IMG/VR virus record: IMGVR_UViG_3300044852_000030
Span: 1-48,963 of that record
DNA: 48,963 nt
From: a virus
Lineage: Duplodnaviria; Caudoviricetes
Strand: one strand, 5' to 3'
Shown here piece after piece: positions 35,426-45,237 of the stretch. How positions within the stretch are numbered: position 1 is the stretch's first letter; every line of letters begins with the position of its first letter. The notes under the pieces were generated by a model, which saw only the letters and a program-made list of their open reading frames with translations, did no database searches and was not told where the DNA came from. The translations under genes were made by a program, and so were the position numbers.

Positions 35426-36078
35426 TACAGATCCGCCTCTTCGATCTGATCGATTTCCTCGTCAGTAAATATTGCAGCATCCCAGGCAGTTGAGAATTCT
35501 TCGTCGGCGAACACTTCCACCAATCCCGACACCTGACACAGACGCAACACCTCGTCGGGGTCCATACCCAGCTCTTTAGCCACGCGCTCGTCAGACCAGT
35601 TACGTTTTTTCAATTCGATCACGATGTCTGACATCGACTCGACGTTGTGCTTACCGCGAGCCCGGTTGTGGCGGATGGTGGACGCCACACGGTCGTTACG
35701 TTCCGTGTTCTTCGCCTGGATAGCCACAATGGGCATAAAACCTTGGAGGCGCAGCATCACACTGGTGGAACGCTTCGCCACGGTCGTACGGTGGAACCCG
35801 TCAACTACTTCATACATATCATCCTCACCGAGCCAGCCGACCACAGGTTGAGTGAACCCGTCATGGTCGATGGAATGCTCGAGCAGTGCCATTTCAGGTG
35901 GTGCGACACTGTTTGGGTTATAATCGTTCGCATAAACGCTGTCAGTCGGCACCCATCGAACGAAGTCAATAGGTTCAGCCTTGAACGGACTGTATTGGTG
36001 GATCAGCGAGCGTAGACGGTTGATTTCGGCAACACGTTCATCGAGTGGCATATCTGCGAGGTATTCAAAATCTTGCAC
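35425..36078 (-). CDS. ibrB: IbrB-like ParB/Srx domain protein
   Basis: ANDYNPNSVAPPEM.LL..SI..DGFTQP, VVDGFHR, STIRHNRARG.H, HTH 'VAKELGMD.DEVLRL'. Confidence 0.88.
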   Translation of the reverse strand: MQDFEYLADMPLDERVAEINRLRSLIHQYSPFKAEPIDFVRWVPTDSVYANDYNPNSVAPPEMALLEHSIDHDGFTQPVVGWLGEDDMYEVVDGFHRTTVAKRSTSVMLRLQGFMPIVAIQAKNTERNDRVASTIRHNRARGKHNVESMSDIVIELKKRNWSDERVAKELGMDPDEVLRLCQVSGLVEVFADEEFSTAWDAAIFTDEEIDQIEEADL

Positions 36079-36106
36079 GGTGTTACTCCCTTGTCTGTGT
36101 GCGCGT

Positions 36107-36135
36107 AGTATCGCTTAGCGTGACGAGCCCGTCAA
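36107..36135 (-). promoter_or_regulatory. Promoter/operator for the ibr trio, overlapping the polymerase 3' end
   Basis: TTGACG-17-GATACT; operator TGACG-AGCC-CGTCA at 36121-36134. Confidence 0.8.
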
Positions 36136-38259
36136 CAACGGGTTGACTAGCTTTTCAGCTTCTTGGATGTACCAACGGTAATCGATGTCGTTCCAGTCGA
36201 AGTGACTCGCGTCGGCACACTCTGACACGCGCCAGCCGCTGCATATACCCGTCTCACGCGTGTCATGCTTACTACGGTTGCCTGTGTGGATTCGAGCGTC
36301 CCACGGCACGCCAGCGCTGTCGAGTTGCCCCGACTGTCCGGCAATCTCGCGCATCACGGCGTTGAAATTCGAGTCGCTGATTTTCGCCTTACGCTTCCAT
36401 GTCCCAGGCTCGCCCGTCGGCGGTGACACCTTCACGAGTGTTCCACCGTTGCGGCTGACAAAGTAACGGGTCGTTCCCTGCAACTGTTGATCGATACCCC
36501 AGTCGGGGAACCGCAAGTGCAGCGTGGACTTACGCGGCACTTTAGCACGGCACATGAAATCGAACGGGTCGCGGTGGTTGGTGATGAACTCACGTATCGA
36601 TTCGCCGCGCACCAACGCCGCCTCAGCCGCCCGGGCGACCACTTGTGCCGACGGGTCTTGATGCCACAGGGTGTTGTACTCGTAGGCGCCTTTACGCTTG
36701 AGCTTACCGCCCTCATATTCAGCGATATACGAATTGACGTCTCTGATAATCATTCTCGAATACAGCGCGTATTCAAGGTTGAGCTGTGTCATACCCTCCC
36801 ACCACTTGCACACACTGTAGAAATGCGCCTCGTATGACCTTGGGATACGAACGGTGAGACCGTCGGTGTTGCACTGAATCATAGTCATGTTCGGTATTTT
36901 GACGAGCTGTTCGGCGAGCATGCACAGGGACAGTTGACCATTGATGGTGGTCGCCATCGTGTAGTACGGGTCGAACAGCGGACTGAACTTGTTGTTTGAG
37001 TTGCCGTAGGACGCGTTGAGCGATTCCTTGAGTGCGGCGTTCTCGGGCGTACCCTTCGGGAAAGTTGCCCGTTGTAGGAACACACCGTTGTAGCTGTCGC
37101 AATACGCCTCGCCCAAGTGCGCAGGATACAGACGATTGACGATTGCCATTTTTGGATAGAACGACGTCACGTCAGCATCGATAATCATGTACTCGTCATC
37201 AGACCTCACGATCTGCGACAAAATCGACCCGTGGATTCCACCCAGGCCGAACTCATAATCGAACCCGTCGATGGTCGCGATGATATTCGCAAACACACCT
37301 TTCGTCTTGATCTCTTCACCCATATCGGTACGACGCAGGGTTTTCGATTTGAACTGTTCAACGACCTGATTGAACTCGGGGCGCTCAAACTTCACGTATG
37401 GGAATATCACGTCGGCGAGGTTGATGCTTTCGCGGTACGTCTGACGTGGATGTTTACCGCCTGGACCACGGTCGAAACACTTGATGCCCGACGCTTCCAT
37501 TTCCTTGATGAGAATGGTCGCACCGATTTTGGTGTTACTCATGTTCATCATGCGAGTTTCGTAGCGCTCGGACAGTGCCTCACGCAGATGAACCTCGGGG
37601 AGAATCCGGACGTAGAACTTCAGGGTTTCGCGCACGTCGTGTTTGTTGTACGCGATAAGCTCGTCGATCTGGTCGTCACGTAGTGGAATGCCGACAGGGA
37701 ACGGAAGGTCGATCACGTTGCGCGAACGCATGACGATCTCAAGCGCCTTGAGGCTGGTACGCTTGTTGTTATTGTCGAAGTGACAGATTTTCATCGGGTC
37801 GAGCTGTTCGAATACGTGATCGCTCTCCCAGATCGTCATACCGAACCGATCAGCGTCGCTCGCCTTCAAGATTTTCATGGCGTGTTCGTATATATGGTTC
37901 GCGGTGGCGTTGGGGTTTGCAACAAGCCAATGGATGATCGGATAGTCGAACCCCAGATTGTTATAGCCGATACCACGCGCCTTGCTGCGACCCAGGCCCA
38001 ATACGAACTCGATCAACTCAGCGACTTGGTTGCGACGGTCCGACACCTCGAAAACGATCTCCAGACCGGTCGCGGCGTGGATAAACGACGCTGTGATCAC
38101 GTTGGGATACGTTTCCAAGTCCCAGCCCCAATCCCGTGGGTCTAGCGGCGCGGCAACGCTGAACGCTTCAGGCGTCCCACAGTGGGGGCATTTCTCCAGA
38201 TCCGACGGGTATGTCTTGCCGCAACCATTGATGGGTTCGCAGCGGGAAAGCAGTCGCAT
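36115..38259 (-). CDS. DNA polymerase, family B, with 3'-5' exonuclease and N-terminal zinc ribbon
   Basis: Exo I DLET, Exo II YN..GFD, Exo III YN.HD; polymerase motifs DVTSFYP, K..LNASYG, NTDG. Confidence 0.92.
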   Translation of the reverse strand: MRLLSRCEPINGCGKTYPSDLEKCPHCGTPEAFSVAAPLDPRDWGWDLETYPNVITASFIHAATGLEIVFEVSDRRNQVAELIEFVLGLGRSKARGIGYNNLGFDYPIIHWLVANPNATANHIYEHAMKILKASDADRFGMTIWESDHVFEQLDPMKICHFDNNNKRTSLKALEIVMRSRNVIDLPFPVGIPLRDDQIDELIAYNKHDVRETLKFYVRILPEVHLREALSERYETRMMNMSNTKIGATILIKEMEASGIKCFDRGPGGKHPRQTYRESINLADVIFPYVKFERPEFNQVVEQFKSKTLRRTDMGEEIKTKGVFANIIATIDGFDYEFGLGGIHGSILSQIVRSDDEYMIIDADVTSFYPKMAIVNRLYPAHLGEAYCDSYNGVFLQRATFPKGTPENAALKESLNASYGNSNNKFSPLFDPYYTMATTINGQLSLCMLAEQLVKIPNMTMIQCNTDGLTVRIPRSYEAHFYSVCKWWEGMTQLNLEYALYSRMIIRDVNSYIAEYEGGKLKRKGAYEYNTLWHQDPSAQVVARAAEAALVRGESIREFITNHRDPFDFMCRAKVPRKSTLHLRFPDWGIDQQLQGTTRYFVSRNGGTLVKVSPPTGEPGTWKRKAKISDSNFNAVMREIAGQSGQLDSAGVPWDARIHTGNRSKHDTRETGICSGWRVSECADASHFDWNDIDYRWYIQEAEKLVNPLLTGSSR

Positions 38260-38276
38260 ATCATTCTCCCTGTGTG

Positions 38277-38300
38277 AAAAAGCCCGGTCTATGCCGGGCT
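38277..38300 (-). terminator. Rho-independent terminator just upstream of the polymerase SD
   Basis: Minus strand AGCCCGG-CATAGA-CCGGGCT-TTTT. Confidence 0.7.
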
Positions 38301-38315
38301 GGGTGATGGGGTTTG

Positions 38316-38528
38316 TCAGTCCAGCGCACGCAATGCATGTCGAGGATGCGTGAACGATGGGTAATCACCGGTGGAATTGAACGTTACGCTAATGTGTTCG
38401 ACCCCGGTGTGACGACTGTCATCACTCGCCAGTCCGTAATCACACTTGGCAAACCCATACACGATTACGCCGCGTTTCGCCATTGGTTCGATTTTCGACT
38501 CTTCAATAATTTCGTATCGTCTGACCAT
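38316..38528 (-). CDS. Hypothetical protein
   Basis: GGGAG SD; 'CDYGLASDD...TG..H.SVT...GDYP.FT.P' conserved-looking motif. Confidence 0.75.
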   Translation of the reverse strand: MVRRYEIIEESKIEPMAKRGVIVYGFAKCDYGLASDDSRHTGVEHISVTFNSTGDYPSFTHPRHALRALD

Positions 38529-38584
38529 GATCGCATCTCCCTGACCGTAGTTGAAAGGCCCGGTTCGCCGGGCCAGTGTGATGG

Positions 38585-39430
38585 TTAAGCGACGAGTTTG
38601 CAGTGTTGATCGACCATCGCTTCGGTCCAACCCGGCATCGCCAACCACTCGGCTTTAGTCAGGGTGTTACCGTTGTACTCGAACTTCTGTACTACCGGAG
38701 CCGCAACGACTGGCGGCGGGGTGACCAGATCGTGAGCAGGTGGCGGTGGGGTTACAGCAGTGGTGACCGGTACAACAGGCGGTGGCGGGGTAGTTACTGG
38801 CGGCTTGGTTGCGACCGGTGCACCTTCCTGACTCGCGCCACCGTTTACGACCACACCACCCTGGATACCGGCGAACTCGGTGTCGGCGTTGAATGCACCC
38901 TCGCTGACGATCTCGATACCAGCTTCAGCGAACATCAGACCTTCAACGTTCTGATACATACCGGCGTTGGTCTTCACGGTTGCTGCGCCGTTGAACTTGG
39001 TCGAAGCCACGACCCAGAACCAGTCGCCTTTTTTAACGGCGGATTTGTTGATGATCGGCTGTTTGTTGCCGTCGATCAGCGTTACCGGACCCATCGCCTT
39101 GTATCGAGTGAACTTGATCAACCAGTGACCGGCTGGACGCGATTCGGTGCCGAGTTTGGTTGGGTCTTCCGGGGCGTCGCAGTCTTCGATTTTCCAGTTG
39201 AAACCAGCCTGACCACAGAGCGCGGCGGTGCACTTCGAATCGCCCGCTGCCTCGTTGTACATGGTTGCCCAGATCGCGTCCCAGGCTGCACCCTTCGGCA
39301 CGGCAAAAGCCATGAACCAGTGATGCTTGTTCTCGTCCGGCTGAGGTTTACCCTCATGGTCGGTCACTTTCAGTTCGAACGGGGAACCCATAACCAGACG
39401 TGCTTTGAACGGTGCGTATTTAACAGTCAT
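38585..39430 (-). CDS. Single-stranded DNA-binding protein (putative) with Pro-rich linker
   Basis: Position between nuclease and polymerase; F.WKI.D.D, GHW.IKF, G.Y.N motifs. Confidence 0.7.
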   Translation of the reverse strand: MTVKYAPFKARLVMGSPFELKVTDHEGKPQPDENKHHWFMAFAVPKGAAWDAIWATMYNEAAGDSKCTAALCGQAGFNWKIEDCDAPEDPTKLGTESRPAGHWLIKFTRYKAMGPVTLIDGNKQPIINKSAVKKGDWFWVVASTKFNGAATVKTNAGMYQNVEGLMFAEAGIEIVSEGAFNADTEFAGIQGGVVVNGGASQEGAPVATKPPVTTPPPPVVPVTTAVTPPPPAHDLVTPPPVVAAPVVQKFEYNGNTLTKAEWLAMPGWTEAMVDQHCKLVA

Positions 39431-39433
39431 GTT

Positions 39434-40597
39434 TTATTGCCCTTGTGTGTTGAATATCTGACGGATCTTGGCGCCGTCGACCTCGACCAGCTTCAGTGCG
39501 GTCATTGGTGTCTCACTGTATGCAGCTATGACGGATTCGTCAATACCTTTTTTACGAACTTGTGAAGGTGTGTCGAGTTCAATAGGTTTACGAATATCCA
39601 CGCCGAGCAGGTCGCCCATCATGATGACCTCAGCGTGTGGCACATCTTTCTTCCAGCGCTCACGACCCTTACCGCGTTCGGTGCTGAAATATGACACGAG
39701 ACCGCCATTACTCAGCTCGTGAATCGCCTGTTCTTCCAGGCCGCTGAGACGATACTCGATAGCCTTCTGAGCACGTCGCAACAGCTTCAAATCCACACCG
39801 AGGTTGTGACCCGTGAGAGTGTGAGTTTTGAGCTTACCGGCGAAGTCGATACCCTCGTAACTGACGCGTAACAACGTGTCGCAGTTGGCCCGAGCGGAAC
39901 AGTCTTTACATTGCGTCCCGAACTTCGTCGGCGGTGCTTCACCCGTGACGATAGGTAACGCACGGTGTAAATCGTTCCAGTATTTACCGACTGCATCGGC
40001 GGTGACGAACCACTTACGAATCGGGCCATCGCTGGTGAACCCACGCGGTTGTACGACGCGCAGATCCAGTTTCACCGCCTGACGTACCGGTTCGGTAATA
40101 TCGAGCGCCTGGATGATCCCGAACGCGCCGATCAGCAGTTGCCAGTTTTCAAAGACGTCAACGATACCGTGGCCGAATTTACCCTCCCACACAGTCAGCA
40201 CGTTACTCGACACGTCATACACCGATGCGTCGGGGATACAGTACCACTCAGGTAACCAGCGGCTGAGATCGACACGTTGTTCGATCTTTACCTCTTTGGT
40301 CAGGAAGTTGAAGTCGCAATACTTCGCTACGTCGTTGACGTATTCGAACGCGGCGTCGAACAGTTCCTGCGTGATCACAATGCCGTCTTTGCTCAGGCTT
40401 CCGACGATGCCGGAGAAGTCCAGCACACCACCCTTGCGCCAGCGTTCGAGCATGATCTGACTGGCTTCGTGACATGCGCGACCTTCAAGCTTCGACTCGG
40501 AGGGTTCCGACGGTACACCCGGGTACGCGGCTCGGGCTTGCGCGCTGCCGAGGCAACGCATCCAGTCATTACTATCGTGTACGAGTGGAAGGATCAT
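39434..40597 (-). CDS. PD-(D/E)XK / Cas4-like exonuclease (DUF2800-like)
   Basis: W..C.GS, EG...H, PD...V.EGKFG...V....NWQL, VQPR, C..C.AR..C. Confidence 0.8.
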   Translation of the reverse strand: MILPLVHDSNDWMRCLGSAQARAAYPGVPSEPSESKLEGRACHEASQIMLERWRKGGVLDFSGIVGSLSKDGIVITQELFDAAFEYVNDVAKYCDFNFLTKEVKIEQRVDLSRWLPEWYCIPDASVYDVSSNVLTVWEGKFGHGIVDVFENWQLLIGAFGIIQALDITEPVRQAVKLDLRVVQPRGFTSDGPIRKWFVTADAVGKYWNDLHRALPIVTGEAPPTKFGTQCKDCSARANCDTLLRVSYEGIDFAGKLKTHTLTGHNLGVDLKLLRRAQKAIEYRLSGLEEQAIHELSNGGLVSYFSTERGKGRERWKKDVPHAEVIMMGDLLGVDIRKPIELDTPSQVRKKGIDESVIAAYSETPMTALKLVEVDGAKIRQIFNTQGQ

Positions 40598-40785
40598 GGT
40601 TGCACCGCCGTCGCCCGTTTTGACGATGGGTTATTTTGCTTAGTCAGATACTGCCATGCTTTCCACGCCGCATCCGTCGACCCATCTGCATATCCGGCGA
40701 GACCATTGATCGTGATTCCCCGCGAAGTATTCAGCGGTGGTCGAGTTCTCCGACAAAACTCCTCGAAATCCTTACGTACACTCAT
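40594..40785 (-). CDS. Hypothetical protein, paralog of 48436-48633
   Basis: RKDFEEFCRRTRP...AW.AWQYLTKQN shared. Confidence 0.75.
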   Translation of the reverse strand: MSVRKDFEEFCRRTRPPLNTSRGITINGLAGYADGSTDAAWKAWQYLTKQNNPSSKRATAVQP

Positions 40786-40790
40786 AACCC

Positions 40791-41852
40791 TTACTCCCCA
40801 AACGCTTCGGTGAACTGAGTCATAACCTGTGGAATCAGCTCAGGACGCTGACCCAATTGAGTCAATACGGTCAGACCGTTCGCCGCCAGGATCTCGTTAA
40901 CACGAGCGACCATCGCTGGTTTCGCCGCTTCGTCTTTCGGGGTGCGGGCAGTTAAAAACGTCATCACCTGGGCAAATGTTTCGATGGTTGACGACGCGAT
41001 AGCGATTGGCGGTGCTACGGCGGTCACTGGTGGAACGACTACAGGTGGTGCCACGACTACCGGAGGCGCGACGGCGACAGGTGGTGCAATTGTTACGGGT
41101 TCAGCAGCGCACAGTGCATCAATCATGGCGGCGTGTTCAGGGTCTTCAACACCATCCGCACCACCATGACCGTTCGGGCAAGTCACGCCTGACGGGGTTT
41201 CGTGCTGCACTTCGTTGCATACGCTGCACAGCGACGGGTAAATGGCGTTCTCATTCGTCAGCGCTTCTTCAGCCGCTGCGTCTGCTACGGCGCCAGTCGA
41301 TACGGGGATTTCCATCAGGTCGCGCAGTTCGGCGGTCACACGGGCCAGCGTGGCTTCCCATTCAGCTTCCTCGACGCCTTTAGGGCGACGACGTACACGC
41401 CACGACCCGTCGGTGTTGCGTTCACGGCTGCCAGCGTGGATACGGGCGTCCCATGGGAGGCCCACCGAGTCGAGGTTGTCGTTGGTGACACGCTCAGGAA
41501 GCGATGCGATCGGATCGAGGAATTCACCCGTGGCGGTGACTGGTGGTGGTACATCCGATACAGTGCCAGTCGTCTGGTCCGGTGACGATTGAACGTTTCC
41601 CAGCTCGGCCACCGATACCGTAGCTGGCGGGATGTCGGTTACGTCCACACCTTTCGATGCTGCGTGAGCGGCAAGTTTGTCGAGTGCAGCCGTTGCATCG
41701 GTCGTATCGATGTCCAGCTTTACGGTGATGTCTTGCAGCTTGTTGCTTGGCTTCGGAACATCGAAACCGCGTGCACCGGCCAGCGATTGAAACAGAATGC
41801 TGAGGTGGTACAGCTCTACGCCCTGGGTGTTGCAATCTACTGAGATCTGCAT
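40791..41852 (-). CDS. Acidic, Pro-rich replication-module protein with PWDARIH motif and zinc ribbon
   Basis: First gene of the leftward replication operon; LDSVGLPWDARIH; C..C...CPNGH. Confidence 0.8.
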   Translation of the reverse strand: MQISVDCNTQGVELYHLSILFQSLAGARGFDVPKPSNKLQDITVKLDIDTTDATAALDKLAAHAASKGVDVTDIPPATVSVAELGNVQSSPDQTTGTVSDVPPPVTATGEFLDPIASLPERVTNDNLDSVGLPWDARIHAGSRERNTDGSWRVRRRPKGVEEAEWEATLARVTAELRDLMEIPVSTGAVADAAAEEALTNENAIYPSLCSVCNEVQHETPSGVTCPNGHGGADGVEDPEHAAMIDALCAAEPVTIAPPVAVAPPVVVAPPVVVPPVTAVAPPIAIASSTIETFAQVMTFLTARTPKDEAAKPAMVARVNEILAANGLTVLTQLGQRPELIPQVMTQFTEAFGE

Positions 41853-41886
41853 GTTTTATTTCTCTGCGTTGATTGAATGTGGGGCA

Positions 41887-41915
41887 ATCCTATGCGACTA
41901 TGACGACGTCGTCAA
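41887..41915 (-). promoter_or_regulatory. Promoter/operator between the divergent replication operons
   Basis: TTGACG-17-TAGGAT; fully palindromic TGACGACGTCGTCA at 41901-41914. Confidence 0.85.
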
Positions 41916-41933
41916 CACATCAGGGGAATAAAA

Positions 41934-42215
41934 ATGGGAATGCGTGAAGAGTTTGAATTGCATTACGCCGAGGAATTCGAGCGGGCTTGCGGACGTAAGC
42001 CGTCACCGGAACAAATGGTATCGATGCGCGAAGGTGATGAATACGGTGCAGATCGCGGGTATCTCAACGGTTACTGGAAAGGCTGGCAGGCATCCCGCGC
42101 CGCACTGGTAGTTGAATTGCCGAAAGGCGGCAGCATGTGGGATGACGAACCGATTGACGTGGGCCGCGACGCAGTATGTGCATCACTCACCGACGCCGGA
42201 GTGTCCTACAAATGA
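41934..42215 (+). CDS. Hypothetical phage protein
   Basis: MREEFE...W.GWQASRAALVVELP family; AGGGG SD. Confidence 0.8.
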   Translation: MGMREEFELHYAEEFERACGRKPSPEQMVSMREGDEYGADRGYLNGYWKGWQASRAALVVELPKGGSMWDDEPIDVGRDAVCASLTDAGVSYK

Positions 42216-42379
42216 ATATCATGACAATCGTTTACACCCTCCCCCGCGCCACACCCTGGACGACGGTCATTGAACGTCTGATCAGTGAACTGTCCGGCGC
42301 GTACAGCTTCGGGACGCCACGTGTCGCCGGTGACGATGGCGAGTCCGTAACCATTACCGTCGATGCGGTGAAACTATGA
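42212..42379 (+). CDS. Hypothetical protein
   Basis: GGAG SD; ATGA coupling. Confidence 0.6.
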   Translation: MNIMTIVYTLPRATPWTTVIERLISELSGAYSFGTPRVAGDDGESVTITVDAVKL

Positions 42380-42588
42380 GCGCTATCGTCTGGCTTGAAA
42401 TTAATGGCGTGTTGAAAAAGTGCCGGGTCGACGGTCGAGCGGCGGAGATGCTTCTCACGTATGGGGCGGCAATAAATCGGGCGTACATGCACAAGGATTT
42501 CGAGGCTGTTAAATCATTATCCGAATGCCGCACCGAGGCAGCCGCGCACGTCGTCGAGTTGGGACATTACACAGTGGTGGACCAATGA
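42376..42588 (+). CDS. Hypothetical protein
   Basis: Coupled ORF. Confidence 0.65.
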   Translation: MSAIVWLEINGVLKKCRVDGRAAEMLLTYGAAINRAYMHKDFEAVKSLSECRTEAAAHVVELGHYTVVDQ

Positions 42589-42719
42589 AACCAATCACCA
42601 TCATTATCATTGTAATCGGTGCAGTATTCGTCGCCGGTGGTGCGCTACCCGGTACATGGTTCGGGCGCCCTTCTTATTATCGCCCACCGAGCGCATACGC
42701 ATCGTGGGGGTCCGCATGA
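42585..42719 (+). CDS. Small membrane peptide
   Basis: MKPITIIIIVIGAVFVAGG; ATGA overlaps both sides. Confidence 0.55.
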   Translation: MKPITIIIIVIGAVFVAGGALPGTWFGRPSYYRPPSAYASWGSA

Positions 42720-44461
42720 CCGTCGCCTTACACCGAACGTTACTCGCTGACGCGGTTGCACGGATCACGTTGCGCCCGTATCAGCAGAAACTACGCGACG
42801 ATGTGGAATCAGCGTGGGCGATGGGTGCACAAAACGTTCTCGCCGTGCTACCAACCGGGGGAGGAAAGACTGCTCTGTTCTCGACGATCATGGCCGACGA
42901 AACCCATGCATCGTGTGCCGTCGCTCACCGTCAGGAACTGGTCAGCCAGATCAGTTTGGCGCTTGCCCGCAACCGTGTGCGCCACCGGATCATCGGACCG
43001 CAGTCAGTCGTCAAGATGATCGTACGGCTGCACATGGAAGAGGTCGGCGCCAGTTATTACGACCCATCGAGCAAATGCGCAGTCGCCGGGATCGATACGC
43101 TCGTGCGTCGTGGTGAACAGCTCGCATCGTGGTTACCGACCGTCAAGCTGTGGGTGATGGACGAGGCACACCACGTACTCAAGGACAACAAGTGGGGTAA
43201 GGGTACGTCGATGTTCCCGAACGCCCGTGGTCTCGGCGTGACTGCCACCCCATCGCGTGCTGACGGTAATGGCCTGGGACGTCATGCCGACGGCGTGATG
43301 GACACGATGGTGATTGGCCCGTCGATGCGCGAGCTGATAAATATGGGGTTCCTCACCCAGTACAAGCTGTTCGCGCCCAAGTCTGACTTTGACCGATCCA
43401 GTCTCACGAAGTCGATCAGTAAGACCACGGGTGAAATTTCAGCACACGAATCGAGTAAGGCTGTCAGCACCTCGTCACTCGTTGCGCACGCTGAAAAAGG
43501 TCAGGTGGTGGGTGATGTCGTCCGGACGTATCAGAAACTCATACCAGGGTTGCGCACCATCGTATTCGCGCCTGACGTTGCCACGGCGTACCAGCTTGAG
43601 GCTGAATACATCGCAGCGGGCATCACGGCGAAGTGCGTACACGGTGAGATGGATGACATCGAGCGCAGCCATGCGACGAGGGATTTCAAAGCCGGAAAGA
43701 TATTAGTTCTCATTAACGTGCAGCTTTTCGATGAGGGCTACGATTGTCCAGCCATTCAGGCAGTGCAGGACGTGGCAGCTACTGAATCGTTCGGACGTTT
43801 CGTTCAGCGTGCCGGTCGGATGCTGCGCTTGATGGACGGTAAGGAATTCGGGATCTACGTCGACCACGTGGGGAACATCGCCCGGCACGCGACGGTGGTG
43901 CACTACCCGGATCAGTCCCGTGTGGAAATCTGTCACCGTGAGTGGACGCTTGACCGTCGGGAGCGTCGCAGCGCGGGTAAGAGTGAGGTTAACGACACTC
44001 GCACCTGTAACACCTGTACCGGTACGTTCCCGCGCTTCCTTGATGCGTGCCCGTACTGCGGCGAGCCGATCCCGGCACCCGCGCAACGCTCGTCTGTCGA
44101 GTGGGTCGATGGCGACCTGTATGAACTGGACGCGGCCACACTCGCGACGATGCGTGCAGCGATTGCCCGTGTGGATATGGCACCCGAGGATTACCGCAAC
44201 CAGCTCGTCGCCCAGGGATGCCCTCAACTCGGCGTGATGGGTAACGTGAAACGTCTCGTGGCGACTCAGGAAGTCGTGGCGCAGTTGCGTGAGGCTGAGG
44301 CGGTGTGGGCGGGTTACGAGCGCGCAGCGGGGCTCAGCGACCGGGAAATTATGCGCAAGTTCTTCAGCGTGTTCGGGGTTGACCTCTGGACCGCGCAAAC
44401 GTGGAAAGCCGCTGAGATGACGGCACTAATTGAACGAATTAACGGGAGTATCAGACGATGA
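42716..44461 (+). CDS. Superfamily 2 DNA helicase with zinc ribbon
   Basis: LRPYQ, PTGGGKT, DEAHH, TATP, EGYD.P, QRAGR; C..C...CPYC. Confidence 0.93.
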   Translation: MTVALHRTLLADAVARITLRPYQQKLRDDVESAWAMGAQNVLAVLPTGGGKTALFSTIMADETHASCAVAHRQELVSQISLALARNRVRHRIIGPQSVVKMIVRLHMEEVGASYYDPSSKCAVAGIDTLVRRGEQLASWLPTVKLWVMDEAHHVLKDNKWGKGTSMFPNARGLGVTATPSRADGNGLGRHADGVMDTMVIGPSMRELINMGFLTQYKLFAPKSDFDRSSLTKSISKTTGEISAHESSKAVSTSSLVAHAEKGQVVGDVVRTYQKLIPGLRTIVFAPDVATAYQLEAEYIAAGITAKCVHGEMDDIERSHATRDFKAGKILVLINVQLFDEGYDCPAIQAVQDVAATESFGRFVQRAGRMLRLMDGKEFGIYVDHVGNIARHATVVHYPDQSRVEICHREWTLDRRERRSAGKSEVNDTRTCNTCTGTFPRFLDACPYCGEPIPAPAQRSSVEWVDGDLYELDAATLATMRAAIARVDMAPEDYRNQLVAQGCPQLGVMGNVKRLVATQEVVAQLREAEAVWAGYERAAGLSDREIMRKFFSVFGVDLWTAQTWKAAEMTALIERINGSIRR

Positions 44462-44700
44462 GTCTGCGCGACGAGTTTGAGAATCACCCTCGATTCAGGG
44501 GTATGGACTTCACCCGGGACTCGAAACATCCTGAGTATTATGCAAGCCCGTACGCCGGTGGTGCATGGGATGGCTATCAGGCGGGTGTAGCGGCACGATC
44601 ACCGTTGACCGCTCCCGACACTAAATGTCTCGCATGTGGCGGGTATCACTACGGATTATCGGGTCTCCCATGTCCGGTCATGAGGGTGACTGCACAATGA
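44458..44700 (+). CDS. Hypothetical protein
   Basis: GGGAG SD; LRDEFE...AWDGYQA; C-terminal C..CGG.H....C. Confidence 0.7.
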   Translation: MSLRDEFENHPRFRGMDFTRDSKHPEYYASPYAGGAWDGYQAGVAARSPLTAPDTKCLACGGYHYGLSGLPCPVMRVTAQ

Positions 44701-45176
44701 ACCTCGTAGCCTGGGCAGTGAAACACGGCGTATCACACGCAGCGCTCGCCGAGCTGTACGACATGTGGGGTATTGGGACTGATCCGGAAGCGACGACCGC
44801 CAAGCCTGGGAGTGAGGCTGCGGTGCAGGCGGCGGTGCGGATGGAAGCCAGTCAACTCGGTATGCGTCTCTTCAGGAACAACGTGGGCGCCTGCAAAGAT
44901 GAGACGGGACGTGTCATCCGCTATGGGTTGATCAACGATTCGGCGCAGATGAACAAGAAGTTGAAGTCGCCCGACCTCGTGGGGATCAAACCGGTGCTGA
45001 TCACTCAAGCCCACGTGGGGCTGGTCATTGGTCAGTTCGTTGGGCGTGAGATTAAAAAGCCAGGGTGGACTTACGCCGGTACGGACCGGGAAGTTGCGCA
45101 ACTCGCGTGTGGTCAGTTGCTCACGCGCTTCGGGGCGGACTGGAAATTCTGCACTGGGCCCGGGTCATTCGATTGA
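44697..45176 (+). CDS. VRR-NUC domain nuclease
   Basis: SEAAVQ, LFRNNVG, PDLVG, EIK PD-(D/E)XK pattern. Confidence 0.85.
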   Translation: MNLVAWAVKHGVSHAALAELYDMWGIGTDPEATTAKPGSEAAVQAAVRMEASQLGMRLFRNNVGACKDETGRVIRYGLINDSAQMNKKLKSPDLVGIKPVLITQAHVGLVIGQFVGREIKKPGWTYAGTDREVAQLACGQLLTRFGADWKFCTGPGSFD

Positions 45177-45201
45177 CGCGCCTGTCAGCGGGTGACACAC
45201 T
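45173..45201 (+). promoter_or_regulatory. Promoter with degenerate operator upstream of the TetR-like gene
   Basis: TTGACG-17-CACACT; TGACG-CGCC-TGTCA at 45174-45187. Confidence 0.65.
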
Positions 45202-45237
45202 ACCAGTCGATGCCAATATTTTAAGAGTGGGACACCT

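Noticed and set aside
35425-36078. ParB as evidence for a plasmid-like prophage
   Set aside because: It is the IbrB type linked to ibrA; no ParA or plasmid Rep seen.
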